Source of the DNA: Kudoa neothunni
Lineage: Eukaryota; Animalia; Cnidaria
NCBI GenBank assembly: GCA_964304625.1
Contig: OZ199839.1
Location: 4,265,292-4,329,291, forward strand
Reading direction: 5' to 3'
DNA: 64,000 bases
Shown here: positions 37,297 to 50,803 of the stretch, piece by piece
Layout of the letters: each line of letters opens with the position of its first letter
Numbering within the stretch: position 1 is the stretch's first letter
The notes under the pieces: generated by a model
The model's input: the letters and a program-made list of their open reading frames with translations, nothing else
What the model was told of the DNA's origin: nothing
Databases searched by the model: none
Made by a program: the position numbers and the translations under genes

Positions 37297-40157
37297 TTAG
37301 AGTTGATTGCGGTAATGTTCTATCTCTTCTAGACAACTATCACAAACCCTTTCAGGGGTTGAACCACAGGGAAGCGCGATGGTAGAGGAACAGCATTTTT
37401 CACAGAAAAAATATCTCTAAATATGACAATACAACATCCAATCAGTAATACAACCAAATAAAATTACCCGCAGTTTCTACAGTGATGCTAAAAATATTAA
37501 TAAATAATAATTAAAAACAACTTCTAGAAAATAATTCGAATATTAAATTACTTTTCGTTTCATAAAGTTGAATTCTTTCTGACAATGGGAACATTTTGCG
37601 GTAGTCTCATCATTTTTCCAATGCCTCGAATAGATTTCACAGATTTTTTTCTAGATCAAATAAACACATTCATATCATTAATTAATCAAACAAACTTTAA
37701 ATTTTCGATTCTCCTCATCAAGTTCACATAACGCAAGATTCCCTTCTCGATATTTATGCTCAAGATGAACGGCTTGGCTTTCATGTATCGAAATTTTGTC
37801 CAACAAACCGTTAACATAATCATCGTGAGTGTTTAGTTCTTGTGTTAGTTGGTTGATTTGGTTTTCGAATTCTATATTGAATTAAACTAACATCGAAACA
37901 AACAACTCACCCTTATTTTTTGCTTTTTCCTGTTGATGTTGAATAATTATTTGATCGAATTGATTTTTAAGAGCTTCATATCGTGTTAGTTGTTCTACGT
38001 TGTTCGTTTCAGTTTGCTTTAGTTTTCTGAGAGTAGTGTCGACATCTTTTTTGTAGTTGGAAGTAATTTTTTCAGTCCTCAGAACCAACTCATTATATTG
38101 TTCTTCCTTGCTGCGCTTGATAAAACTCGTCAAAATAAATTTAAACATTCCAGCGGAATTACAATAATTGCTTTTAGTTGGTTAACTTTTTCTTCAAACT
38201 CTATGATTCTTTTGTTAGCAGCGCCATTGCCAATAATTTCCTACATCGTATTAATAAATTACACTCAAGAGATATAGAAAACCTTTTCTAATTTTGACTT
38301 GATCGACTCGAGAGAAGAAATCGTTTCAGTATTTGTTTTTTTTAACTCATTACTATTGCGTAAATATCAAACATAAAACCAAATATCACAGATAATCACA
38401 TAATCTTTTGAGAATTGGTATGTGCATCATTCAATTTTTTAGTAGAATCAACCATCTCATTCTAAAAGTTGACCAACTATTACCAAATAACGGAAAAATC
38501 AATAACATATTGGTTTCGATATTTATTAATCTCCTCAGTGAGGTTGTTTGTTTTTTGGGTCAACTTTCTATTCTGACTCACTATTTCCTCGTTCTTTCCT
38601 AGTAAATTTCTCATGATTTCTTCATTATCATCTATTAGTTTAGCTTTGCAAGATTCAGAATCAGTCCTATCACACATTACATAAAATCGACCAATCAACA
38701 CAAATACAATGATTTTTTGAGTGCATCATTTTCCGACTTTAGCATTTGTAGATCATTTTTTACTTTTACCTAAAAACCATTTAATAAAAAAATTTTAGTT
38801 TAATTTAATTTAATCAATGACCCCATTTTCAACTAAACGCTGCATTTTAGATTTGTATTTAAGTAATTCATCAGAATGATTCGCAGTTAATGTCTCTATA
38901 TGAGTTTCTCTCTAGAAAAAATTAATTCTAATTTGATATTTTACGAAAAACAAGAAATAAACCTCATTCAATTGATTCTCTATTTTTCTGTTTTCCTCTG
39001 AAATTAAATTCAAACGTTTCGATATTCCTGATCTTTATTTTTATTCAAAAACATCTTAGCGTGTAAATCGTTACATTTCTTTTTTCAAATCATGGGTTTC
39101 CTGTAAAAGTTTTGTATTCATTCCTTTGATATCATCCTATAGGAAATTTAGTAACCAACTCTCAACTTAATCTACCTCATTAGATTCATTGTTTTCTGTT
39201 AGCTTAGCCATCAAACTATCATAGTGTTTTTTAAGTTCATCGACCTGTATTTTTGTGCTCTTCTTGAAGTTGGCTAATTTTTTTTTTCGATTCTTCCAAT
39301 TCTGATGTAATAGCTTTAAGTTTGTTATCATCGCTATATAAAATATTTTAAATATTATTTATTTAAACAAAAAAGTACTCGTTGTTCGGAGAAAAAGATC
39401 CAATTTCCTCCTTTGACAACTGTTTACCTTGGTTCAATGTAGCATAAACATTTTTATATTTTACAGTCAACTCTTGAAACTCATTTGCACTTTCACTAGC
39501 ATTCTAATAATTGCATTAATTAAAAATAAAACTTTATGCCATTTACATAAAATTCCTTCAATGCATTGATCAGTATTCTGTTTTGTTCAATAAGCTGACT
39601 ACATAATTTTTCAATTTTATTTTCCTTTCAAATACATCCTAGAAATCATTATATTAACAGAGAAACGAAATAAATAACATTTGTGGTTGGTGATCTATCC
39701 GTTCGCATTGAGTCTTGTGGGACCGATGTTCGACTGGATGCATCAATTTCAGCAGGAGTAGCATTTAATGAAGGCTTTAAAGTCAAATTTGTTATAAAAT
39801 CGCCTAAAGAAGCAGCGAATTTATTCATTGGTTTAATTTTGGGCTCGTCTGTCCGAGAAAGTGTTTTTCTAGGCTCTACATCAATAAGTGTGGACTGAGT
39901 TTGCTGGTGTGCTACACGCACATCGCATAGTTTTGATTGAATTGGTTCTAAATTGGTAGAATTGCTACGTTCCTAATCAATTCTTATAAATATCACAATT
40001 TCATCAAACCAACTGGCTTGTTGTGGAACCCCTCAAAATGTGTTGTCAATAGAGCCACATCTGAAAATTCTTTCATGCACTCTGGGCATAATAAACCCTA
40101 CATTTATTTCTGATCCAAAGAAGCATAAAATCAAATAACCTCGTTGCTGGATGACAT
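37297..40157 (-). CDS. EEA1: Early endosome antigen 1-like (C2H2 finger, coiled coil, FYVE), multi-exon
   Basis: N-terminal MSSSNE|GLLCPECMKEFSDVALLTTHFEGFH (EEA1-type C2H2); coiled-coil exons; C-terminal FYVE WKNDETTAKCSHCQKEFNFMKRK|HHCRNCG|xFFCEKC...ERVCDSC; TAA at 37297. Confidence 0.85.
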
Positions 40158-41256
40158 TAAATCGTATTTTAGAAATAGTTACACTTTGTCAAATAGTAAA
40201 CAACAGACCAAATTTTAAGCTGATTATGAGAATGGAATACGCATGACAGCCAACTTCTAACTAGCATATAACTAATTAATTTATTTTGTGTATAACTTTT
40301 CATTTTATTTGCGTGCGTACCCGCTCAAAATAAGATAACAAGAAATATTGTTACCATTAAATCTAATCTTATTCTATGTGTACGCATGCTCGAACAAAGT
40401 ATTAATTTTTTTAAACATCTAATTTCAGAGAATATACAAAAATTTTATTTCAATATCTAATGGAACTTTTTTAAAATTTTACACCTCATCAAAATATTAC
40501 TTATTTTGGAAGTCTATTTTCAATTAAAATCCTAATCTTTTGATGAAAACCATTTTTAATCTAATAAATGGATTATAAAAATTGACAGATTTACGTTAAC
40601 ATGAAAATTTCAAGAAGGTTGTATATGAGAATTAGTAAGGTCCCAATATGAATAATGCATGAAATTTTGGGGGAATTGGATAAATTTTTATTAAAAATAA
40701 CTAATTTATTTAGTTTATTTCATTCCAATTACTTTAAATTGTTATACGATTCAGAACACGGGATGAGCTGGATATAAAACTTTTCATGTAAGTAGTTTCC
40801 TTCTAATTTTACTTACTTATGTAGAACTTGGATCGTTTAATTGGTTGTTTATTTTAACTATAATTTTTTGTGATATTGAAATACTAATTTAATCAGACGA
40901 CAATAATCAGATTTGTTCCTACAGACTATATTAGTCTCGCTCAAACCTCAAAATCATCATAATTTTAAATTCGCTATTAAACCAACAATAATGTCCGTAT
41001 TCAAACAAATTAATTATTTGGCAATTAAACCAAACTTAAAATTTTTCTCTCTTTTAATAAACTTCCTATAAAGAATTTCATACAACTAGGACTTTAATTC
41101 GAGATTTTCTGAGAAAATTAACACCTAATATAGCTAATAATAATGTTCGATATTTTTAATCCATACTGTTTATTAGACAAAACTTCACCTATTATGTTTA
41201 AATAAGAGATATATATGATTTTTAAATTTGGCTTCTTATTACGAGTCCCATTAAGG

Positions 41257-43580
41257 CAGTGTTTCCAGACCTTTTTTTAGTCGTGACCCATATTTTTTTC
41301 AAACAAATATCCTGTGACCCACGTTAATATCGTAAATGTTTAATCGAATTTAACGTTAACAATTTTAATGTTTGAATAATATTTATATCCGATATTATGT
41401 ATAATTAAAATATTATAATGATTGAAACCGTATACGTTTATAATAATTATTTTTAATTTATTAATTTAAAAATTTTATTTAGCAATAATTTTGCTTGGGC
41501 TTTTCAAGTTTGAATATTGTTTTCTAAATTAATATTATTAAGCTGTCATGCTTGTCTTGTGTCAACTTATCACTCTTACTTTTTAATTATCTCCGCCGGT
41601 TCATTATATTAAAATTAATGTTTTAAATATAATATTTCGTTTTTAATGATTATTTTTGGGGGTTTTTCCAATGGTATCATCTATAAAGTTACAAACTACT
41701 AGTATTTAATGATTTTTCGCTTCAATATTCAATAAAACGAACAAAATTTTTTTATATATAATTTCTATCTATTCACAAAAGTATGAAGACGACTGCAGGA
41801 TATCTTCCTTTGAATTCAATAAATCTAAATGTATACCAAATTCATTCGAATATAGCTCGCTATTACGTAATACCAATACTTTTTAATACTTCTAGCATTT
41901 AAAACAAATTTTATTCAGTTAAAGAATTTTTTTGCTTTTAATTTAAAAAAATAATAATAAAATATTCAAAATATTATTGTACGTAGATTAAATAGGAAAA
42001 TCAGTGTTTTACAGATTTTTGTTAGTGATGTCCAACCTAATATTTAAAAAAATTATTATAAACAAGTATAAATTATTAACGTAGTTCTAGTATCTATTTG
42101 ATGAAGGTATGATTAATCACATTAATAAATAACACGTAAGTTTGGTGTAGCGTTGTATGATGGAGATCTATTTTAATGACACTGATTATATTATTTATTG
42201 TTTGCTTTAATATAAAAACAAATATTCAAACACAAAATATTGATGTTTATTTTTAACAACATAAATAAAAAAATTAGATTTTTTTAAATATTCAACCTAA
42301 ATATAAGAAAATTGATCATTTAATTCAGGAACAAAATCAAACATAATATCCACACCAAGGTTATATATATCAACCGTTAGGAAAATTACGTTTTTATTAA
42401 AAATTTTAAATTAGACAAACATTATTATTACTTTAAATTATTTTTGTTTATAATTTTTTTATTAGTTTTGGAGGTTCCGACAAAATTTTAAATTATTATT
42501 TTCCATCAGCTGTCATGACGATTTGATTTTCTTAATTAATTACGTTACGCAAAGCCAAAAATATGTTTAAACATACGGATAAAAATTTATTTGCAATTCC
42601 AAGTTACTTTAAATGATTCATTAACAACTTTTTTTTATTAAAAATCATATATATTTCATTACTTTATTAAATTTTGATGTCATAATAAAATTTCTTTTTG
42701 ATTAAATGATTTATTATTTAAATTTATTTCTATATTAATTTTCCGTTTTGTTAAATAAACTACCTAAAAAATTTGTTTCGTCGATTATAAATAATATGGC
42801 TGGCATATAAACATAATAAAAAAATGTAGTTAGGATGTGTAGATTATATTTTCATGAAATGTCTACAAACATATTATTTTGTATAATACAAATCTTTAAT
42901 TTCACATAAATTGATAACATTATTTAATAAAATTCTTTCTGTATGAGAATTCTGGGCGAATAATACTTTCAATGTCTAGATTTGGGTTATTAAATCAGCC
43001 AGTGAAGTGAAGTGTTTGAAAATAACTTCAAGTTTTATTAGCTAATCTAAATATAAAGTGTACTTTTTAAACATATTCGTTTCATTGAAATATCTTATGA
43101 ATAATCGTATTTAAGTATTAAATAATTAAAAATAGAAAAAACTATGAAATCAAACTGCCGTGTCATGAAATTAAACGAGTTCAAGAAATACATGGATAGT
43201 TACGTGTCTAAAATTTAACGGATAGAAAAATTAACTTTCGTCTGTATAGATTTTCAGGTTAAATAATCTTTCGTGAGCACCAAAAACAAACGAACGAAAG
43301 GATGAATATTGTCTGATCGAAACACGAGTTGATCATTTCAGGTCGAATGATGAGTCAAGTTTGTACCGTTTTCCACCTTGAAGTGTACTATATTACTCAT
43401 AAAACAACAATATGTAACTTATTTAAATACAATATTTATAATAAATCAATATAAATCGAGTCTAAAAGTTAAAATAACATTTTCTATCTTGAGGGTATCC
43501 TACATGGTATGGTTTCGCGTTTTCCGCCGCCGTCAAAATTAGTCAAAAAAATTTTCATGACCCCAGGTTGCTAAACACTG
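41257..43580. mobile_element. Old hAT (Buster/Charlie-like) element, internally decayed
   Basis: CAGTGTTTCCAGACC...GTGACCC and TGACCCCAGGTTGCTAAACACTG ends. Flanks CATTAAGG / CTTTAGAG match at 5 of 8 positions and both have the central TA typical of Buster targets. Pairing of the two ends is inferred. Confidence 0.55.
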
Positions 43581-43891
43581 CTTTAGAGTATCATAATATA
43601 ATATAAAAAATCAGTTAAAATATTCACATGCTGAAAAAATGATTTTAATCGTTAAGTTTGTTTTGTTGAGTTCAACGATATCTATTAAAAGATCAAATGA
43701 CATAATTAAATGTTATCAAGTAATATTCAACTTAAGTGAATTCTCCATTAATAAACGTTACATTCGGTAACAAAGGAATGTTGATGAACAACCCTTGAAT
43801 TTTTATTTAAAGGTGTATATTCATATCCAAAAAATACAAAGTATATCTCAACGATTTCACAGATACAATGAAAAAGCGGAAAATAAAGAAC

Positions 43892-43913
43892 TATATATAT
43901 ATATATATATATA
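43892..43913. repeat. (TA)n microsatellite
   Basis: Directly visible. Confidence 0.85.
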
Positions 43914-44258
43914 TTATAAACGATATATATAAAATAATGTTTTACTAATATCTGTGTAAATTTCACTTTAAAAATTGTTAAATAACACATAATCAAGTGA
44001 TTGACCTAACTTCGCGCACATTTACCTACCTGCATCCGGTATTAATTATTATATTTTAGTTTTAGTATAATACATAAAATTGAGAAAACCTCTAAAGGAA
44101 TACATAGAATCCGCAGCGATGAATTTTTTTTATTTTAATCATTTTTCTTTACTTTAAAATTTTTTTAATTGAATTTTAATGTGATATTCTAACAATTAAT
44201 TCTTACTTTTACAGAAAGTCTCAGAGTAAATGGGAAACAAGAAGTTAACAAGTACGAC

Positions 44259-45341
44259 TTTTTTTCACAAGGTAAAACCCCTAGCGCAACTTATTAGGTT
44301 GTGGACTTATGACCTGTTAAATCACTCCCATTAACCCTGTAGGTACCGCAGGACGAGTAACATCTACTCTTTAACTTTCTGCGGTAATGCGGGAATTTAA
44401 CCCATCAAACATCCTCGTTTCGAGACAATCACCACCCCAAACCGTATCCATAAGGATTTTAGCTCAACAGAGATTTCAAACCCGTTAATGCAGAGGTTCT
44501 CAATCGGAGGAAAAATTTAAATGACAGGGGGTAAATTAAGTGACATCAAAATTAGATAGGAGAAATTTTTGCATTATGGGTTTGTGATGTATTTCAGGAT
44601 TTCTAAGGAATTATATTATTCAGAGTTATTAAAATCAATAAGAATTAGGCAGAAATTCTTTAAAAAATTTTTAGGAATAAATATTTATCAGTTATTTATA
44701 AAACCATTGTCAGTCTCTTTCTTTCATGCTCATTTATTATTTAGTAATGTAGCCTAATAATAATATTTAAAATGATTATTTTCATGGTAAATAATATTCA
44801 AGTGCCGTTAGTTTTGATTATTTTAATTATTTCTAGACCCTCAGTGCGAAGGAATACACAAGAATAATTTAATTTAGCAAAATCTAAAAAATCAAATCTA
44901 TGCACAACTTGTGAGTAAGAGTTGATGGAATTAAAAATTGTCATTATGCCAGCGTACTTGCCTTTTCGGACCAGAATTTACCCCTCATATAACCTCTGCT
45001 ATAGTTAAACCAGTATAAAATCTTAAAGTAAATATGAATTTGGCTCCCAAGTTAAGGATGTAAACTTTGATTATTCACTAAGCTGAGGGGGTAAACTTGA
45101 AAAAAAGGTTGAGAACCCCTGCGTTGGTGCATCGCAGACTATTCGTAATTCAAATGTCTAATTCAACATCCTTTGTTAGATCAAATTACTCTTATAATAT
45201 AATGACACGCCAACAACAGTTACCATTAGGGGATAGGGACATACTCGAACGGAAACAATAGACTGATCAATAGCGAGAATCTACGTAGTATTTCCGGGTT
45301 TTGAGTCCGTTCACTACACCATTGGGCTATCTATCCTCGGC
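44259..45341 (-). mobile_element. tRNA-derived SINE, copy 3 (divergent subfamily), split by a hAT MITE
   Basis: Minus-strand head GCCGAGGATAGATAGCCCAATGGTGTAGTGAACGGACTCAAAACC and 3' part ...CCACAACCTAATAAGTTGCGCTAGGGG...poly(A) align with copy 2. Confidence 0.78.
44491..45121. mobile_element. hAT non-autonomous element inserted in SINE copy 3
   Basis: TIRs CAGAGGTTCTCAA ... TTGAGAACCCCTG; 8-bp flanks CGTTAATG / CGTTGGTG (6 of 8); subterminal GGGGGTAAA motifs. Confidence 0.8.
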
Positions 45342-46503
45342 TCATTTAAAAAGTACGAAAAATCGGTTGCCTCCTGTATTATAATACGGCTGAACACTGC
45401 AGATTATCCGTGATGGCCTACTTTTTTCATCTAAAAATAATATGGAACGATATAAAATAAGAACAAAATGACTATATTCTATTTCCAATTAACTGCAATT
45501 CGTAATGAATCGTTTAGTGTTATAATCTACATGATGTTTATGGTAAAATTGAAATTTTTCGTTTTATACCAACTTATAAAAAATTTCCCAAAAAGTTCAA
45601 CAAGTATTATTTTAAGATAGAGCAATAATTTTAAGCTATGTTTAAACATTATAAGAAAATAATTATTGATCGTTTTGTCCCCACATTTTTTACCATGTTA
45701 AAATATTAACATTTACGTTCGAATGAAATATACGAATATCTTCAAATGTTTTAGTTTATAAAAGTTTTACATTCAAATAAATAACATATTTTTAGAAATA
45801 TTTCCAATTTTTACATCAAAATCAAAAATAATTTTGTTATTATAAAATATTCGGGTAATTTTTTTAAAGATTCACCTGTCCTACATAAAATAATAAGACA
45901 ATTAGGGATTTTCTAACAAAAATTCCAACACATAAATTAATAAATAAAAAAAAAAACAACCCAAATCATGATGTCTATATTATACAGGCACATAATTTGT
46001 CGACTATGTATATTTTACATTTATTTCCAGCTTTCATGTCATCTTTAATTATTCTGTTAATTTAATATTTATTTAATAGTAATTAATTAAATAAGTTCCA
46101 CAACAACAAAACCATATTTTAATATTTAAATTTATCGCCTATTTATCGAATAAATATAAATCCACGGATTAAATATTAATGAAAAAATGATCATATGCCT
46201 AAAGTGATTTTTTCGATAGAATTGATATTTTTAACATCGAATTGTAGATTAAACATAAACCGAACCCAGCCGAATCGCAATTCTTGGAAATTTGAATATA
46301 TTCATTCTTTTCCAATTTAATCTCTCCGTGTTTTTCTTTGGTAAAAACTATAAAAATATAATTTTACTATCACAACACACATTTGTTGACAATCGGTAAA
46401 CAATTACAATAAAGCGACACATTAAATCATTAAAATTACAATAATTTGACCGAAAACTCCACGAGTCGTATTTCGCTCAACACTGTTCTAACAGTTATTT
46501 TAA

Positions 46504-47529
46504 CCTTCAGAACGCCTCAAAATCGACTATACACATGGTGTTTTGGGGGTCAAATCGACCCCAGATCTTTATTGAATCTTTAAATGCAATAAATAGTTAT
46601 GAAATCATACTTAAAATTAAATACAAATTTGTCGACAAATTTCTATCATATTTTCGCCAAGATTTACACTGCGCGTATACAAAATAGTTCGGATTTGTGT
46701 GAATTAGTTGGCATAATCCGTGTTTTTGTCAACTTGGACCGTGTTGTAACAAATTAGTAAGATAAATAAAATTTTGCCGTGTAAAAATATTGATAAATTA
46801 AGTTTATTTGTAACGTGAGTAACAATTCAGTATCCTACAGTTGGTAAGTACTTTTACGTAATTCCCTCGGGGGCTGAGGAAAAGGAAATACAGTCACTTA
46901 AACACTTTAATCCGGTTTGGATCGCACCTAAAAAATGTAAATTTTTTTATATCGCCATTTGGATATAATTTAGGCTATAAGCATTAGTCTTCTCGCAAAA
47001 CACATTCAAATCCTCATCGTTATCGTCAGATCCACCAGAACTCGACTTTCGATAACTAAAATAAGTGACAAAATATTTCGTTAGGATCGCCTTCATAGTC
47101 AATGAGAAAAATCTCATCAAAGTCACCCTCGTATTTTCATCCGCACATTTCGGGTAAATTTGCGCGAATAGCGCGGTAAAAGGGATGCATCCGTGCGATC
47201 GCATGTGATCCTGAGTACATGTTTTCCCTATTTTCTCAATATTCTGCACACAGAATTCAATCAAACTCAACTGTTCGTATATTTAAATATTGTTATCATT
47301 TAAAGAAATAAAAACTTCGAGGTCAAATTGACCCCAAAAGCACCAAGTGTATATTTATTTTGTGTATTGTTCTTGATTCTGCTTTTTCAAGTTTTTATTA
47401 AATAATCATAAAATATTGTTTTAGAAAAATACACCAGATATTACCACCATTGTTAAATTCTTCTATTTATTAAAAACCTTTAATTAAATGGGCTCTGGAG
47501 TAAATTTGACCCCAAATACGCTCGGAGGG
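46504..47529 (-). mobile_element. Internally deleted piggyBac-like element (third family)
   Basis: TTAA|CCTTCAGAACG ... CGCTCGGAGGG|TTAC ends; palindromic GGGGTCAAATNGACCCC motifs at about 46546, 47320 and 47498; a subterminal inverted repeat of about 35 bp; acidic (SSSGGSDDNDED) and Cys-rich remnants on the minus strand. Confidence 0.65.
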
Positions 47530-47792
47530 TTACAAATACAAGGTGCAAAGATATCGATGCATATAATAATAATTAAACCTGACTATACATCCTAGCTGAA
47601 ATAGAAAAATCTGTTTATCAGCGCATTTCAAACAAAAAGAGAGAAATTAATAGAACACAAATGTTTAGGTAATCGAAAAATTATGTGATTAAGTGGGGGT
47701 GGAACGTTCTCAGAACAAAATAAAACATTTTTGATAATACACGAGGACACAACTATCACACATGCCTCAATGAGAATAATATTGTTACATTA

Positions 47793-49562
47793 TTAATCAT
47801 CCCTCGCAGAAGTGTGTAAATTGGCGTTATGGATATCTAAATGCGACAAATTAATTAGTTACACATAACATTGGATGAAGGGCAATAGATGTGAGGTATT
47901 ACCAGAATCACCGCCACCTTGACGATGAGATGATCTAGACCCTGAGGAGCGTCCATCGACGGTGTGTTGTTGGGGTTGTAAACGTTGAGTCTCTTCATGG
48001 GTGACAGCAATATTACGATCAATCTCTGCGCCATGAGGATTGTTGTTGGCGGCAGCAGCAGAGCTAGACGCTAGCAGATTGAACAATTCAGCAGTGCTAT
48101 TTGAATCAAGTTGGACAACAGTGCCTGGAGGGAAATTGACAAAATCTTCCACTTTGATATGTTGGCCGTCATTTCTCATATTAGGATCACCTGTCATCGC
48201 ATATTGGCTTAGGTTGGCGGCACCAATTTGAATAGAATCGCCTTGTTGATTTTCACGTTCATCATTGTCGAGACCCATCATCATACCTCCTCCTTCGTGA
48301 GAGCCTGGCATTGAGTAGGTGGATTGGATAGCTCTCAGCTGGGCTTCCACAGCATCTTGTTCATTCAATAATATATGTCTACCAGACACTTGGCCTTGCA
48401 TATGATCATGGTGACTTGCATAATCAACACCAGTGTTGTGATGTCCTTCCATATCAATCATTTGACTAGGATCCATCAGTTGGCCATGGTGGTCGACCAT
48501 CATTTCACTAGTACTCAGACCAACGTTGGAGCTACTGTAGTCATGGAGATAGTGGGATTTTCCGTGGTATTCATAGCAGCAACGAACAACTTTTTTGAGA
48601 GCGTTAGTCCACGATTGACGTTGTTTTTCCTCGTCGGTTCTCACATCGCTACGTACATTGGCCCATGGCACATCATCGGGCCACCATGGAGGTCTGGAGA
48701 TGGGTCTGCCCCATGCTGGTTTGGTTCGGCCGGTGGAATACTTTAGCATCACCGGTATAAATGCACGCAGTTGAGCTTGTGTCATTTTATCAAGAGGAGT
48801 TGGTATTCCGTCCACCATTAGCGGTGGCAAAACTTCTGTCGGTTGGTAGTAGTTCATCGATGAGTTCATGATCTGATAGTTTTGAAGTGAGTTTTCCAAT
48901 TCCTGAGTGATAACATCTCGAAGATTTCTCAATACGTTGTCCAATGGCGAAGCTCCAAAAACCTGCAACAAACAGCACAACAATCATCATATAATCGACA
49001 GTTAAATGACTGCATACTTTGAACACAATGTTGTTAGAGAGAGATTCAACTGGAGATTTGTAAGCACTTTTGGGACTGCATACCAATAGACATGCTTGTT
49101 GTCCAACTCTCACCGAAAACTCATCTACCAGTTGCTGTATTTTTCGTAACAGACGGGTGGAATGTCTCTTTCTTACAGCTGGAACCGTTTCAAAATTGTA
49201 AAGCATTGACTTCCTTTGGGATGTCGCAATGGCAGCAGCAGCGGCAACTCCAGCCATACCAGACGAGGCCAAATGAGCGGTGATATCTTCAGGAGTAAGA
49301 GAGGTATGATGGCCCATCAAGAGTGAGGTATCATAGTTGGACGAAGTGGTATGATTTAGACTGTCCAGCTCTAGAATTAGGCAGATTTATCGTAATGGCG
49401 CCCGAATGTGTGCGACAACGCTCGCACACACAAATACCAGCATTAATAATAAAACATTAGGTTACCGGAATGCATGTGACTATCCATTTCCATTGATTGC
49501 ACGTTGTCGCAATCCACTGAATCTAACTCTAATTTAGAATGATCCATTTTGAGATCGTCCAT
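47793..49562 (-). CDS. NRF1: Nuclear respiratory factor 1 / erect wing / P3A2 family transcription factor (4 exons)
   Basis: GMAGVAAAAAIAT, FETVPAVRKRHSTRLLRK, VRVGQQA, FK|VFGASPL, LPPLMVDGIPTPLDKMTQAQLRAFIPVMLKYSTGRTKPAWG, WWPDDVPWANVRSDVR, SWTNAL; ATG 49562, TAA 47793. Confidence 0.95.
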
Positions 49563-50803
49563 TTGATTATCAATGTCGTTAGGATCCATAGGCGTTTGAG
49601 TATTTGGCTGTTTGTAGACAAGTCGTTTAATGTGTTACAGTGGTGGTTTTCAAAGATTTTACTAGAGAGAAAGTTAGATATCGTAGTGAGGTCAGATCAG
49701 GCAACACTCGAGCAACACAGGATTAATCACAAAAACAACGTCATTCACATTTGAAAAATCCCCATTATGAGATGACGCTATAGAGCAGACCGATAATAAG
49801 GTTGGTGGTTGAACGAAATTTTCACCTTTACCACAACATCAGTCCAACATTAGAGTTAAAAGGAGGATTGCGCGAGTGTTGCAAAAATTGCGCAGATTCT
49901 GCTCAGTATACTCACCTTTTGAAGCAAGCGCAACCAACCAAATGATAAAATACTGTCGGCTACTTTCGTGATAATTCGTTAATGCCCATGACAGTATTGT
50001 GTTGATAACAAGTATTAACGCTGAGTATCCTTTTTACGAAGATTTATTTTTATCACTTTGTTGTCGTGATATAATCGGTTACTATGGTAAAGCGTGACAT
50101 TTCTCATGTATACAATTATTAAATTGATTGTATCTAACAGCTTTTGATGGTTGTTTCATCATTGGTTCTATTCCATAGAGACATTTGTTGGCGTTTCGTG
50201 TACTATTGAAGCTTTGTATTTAAATCTAGGATGATTAGTTGAAGGTGGGTGTTATTATTGGAGCGTTTTCTATTACTTTACCAACCTTAATTCAACGATT
50301 AAAATTGTTCTAAGTTATTGCTACAGCTTAATAATGTAATAGTAATTTTCTATTATTGATCTTCTCTCATTATTCAATAACAAGTTCAAATATCTTCAAC
50401 ATCACACTAATCTTTGGTAGCATTTTATTGAGCCCACTGTGACTTTTCCAATTGAATTAACTGAATTAATAGGTTTGAAAGGGGTTTTAAAATTGCTATG
50501 AAACTAACAACAAGCTACCACGAATGGAATTTGTGTATAGATCAAACAAAGTTAAATCAAAAAATTAATATTTTATTAGGGCAATAAATAAACGAGGCGG
50601 TATTTGGTGTTAACATTTCATCCAAAAATCGAACTGATAACATCACACGTTAAATTAAATAATCACTAAGGACGGTGCTATAAATGATATCGGATGGTTG
50701 AATTTTATTCTAAAACTATTAGTTACCGACTGGTTGATAGATCCATTCGGGTGAAACAACCAATTTATCGTAAGTCCTTTTCAAGGCTTTAAAATTTTAG
50801 TCT

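Noticed and set aside
43290-43360. Hammerhead-like words (CTGATCGAAAC, ATGATGAG)
   Set aside because: The CUGANGA/GAAA core with supporting helices could not be assembled.
46947-47270. 107-aa ORF as a host gene or captured cargo
   Set aside because: It lies within a piggyBac-like relic and includes a transposase-like acidic remnant; no independent evidence.
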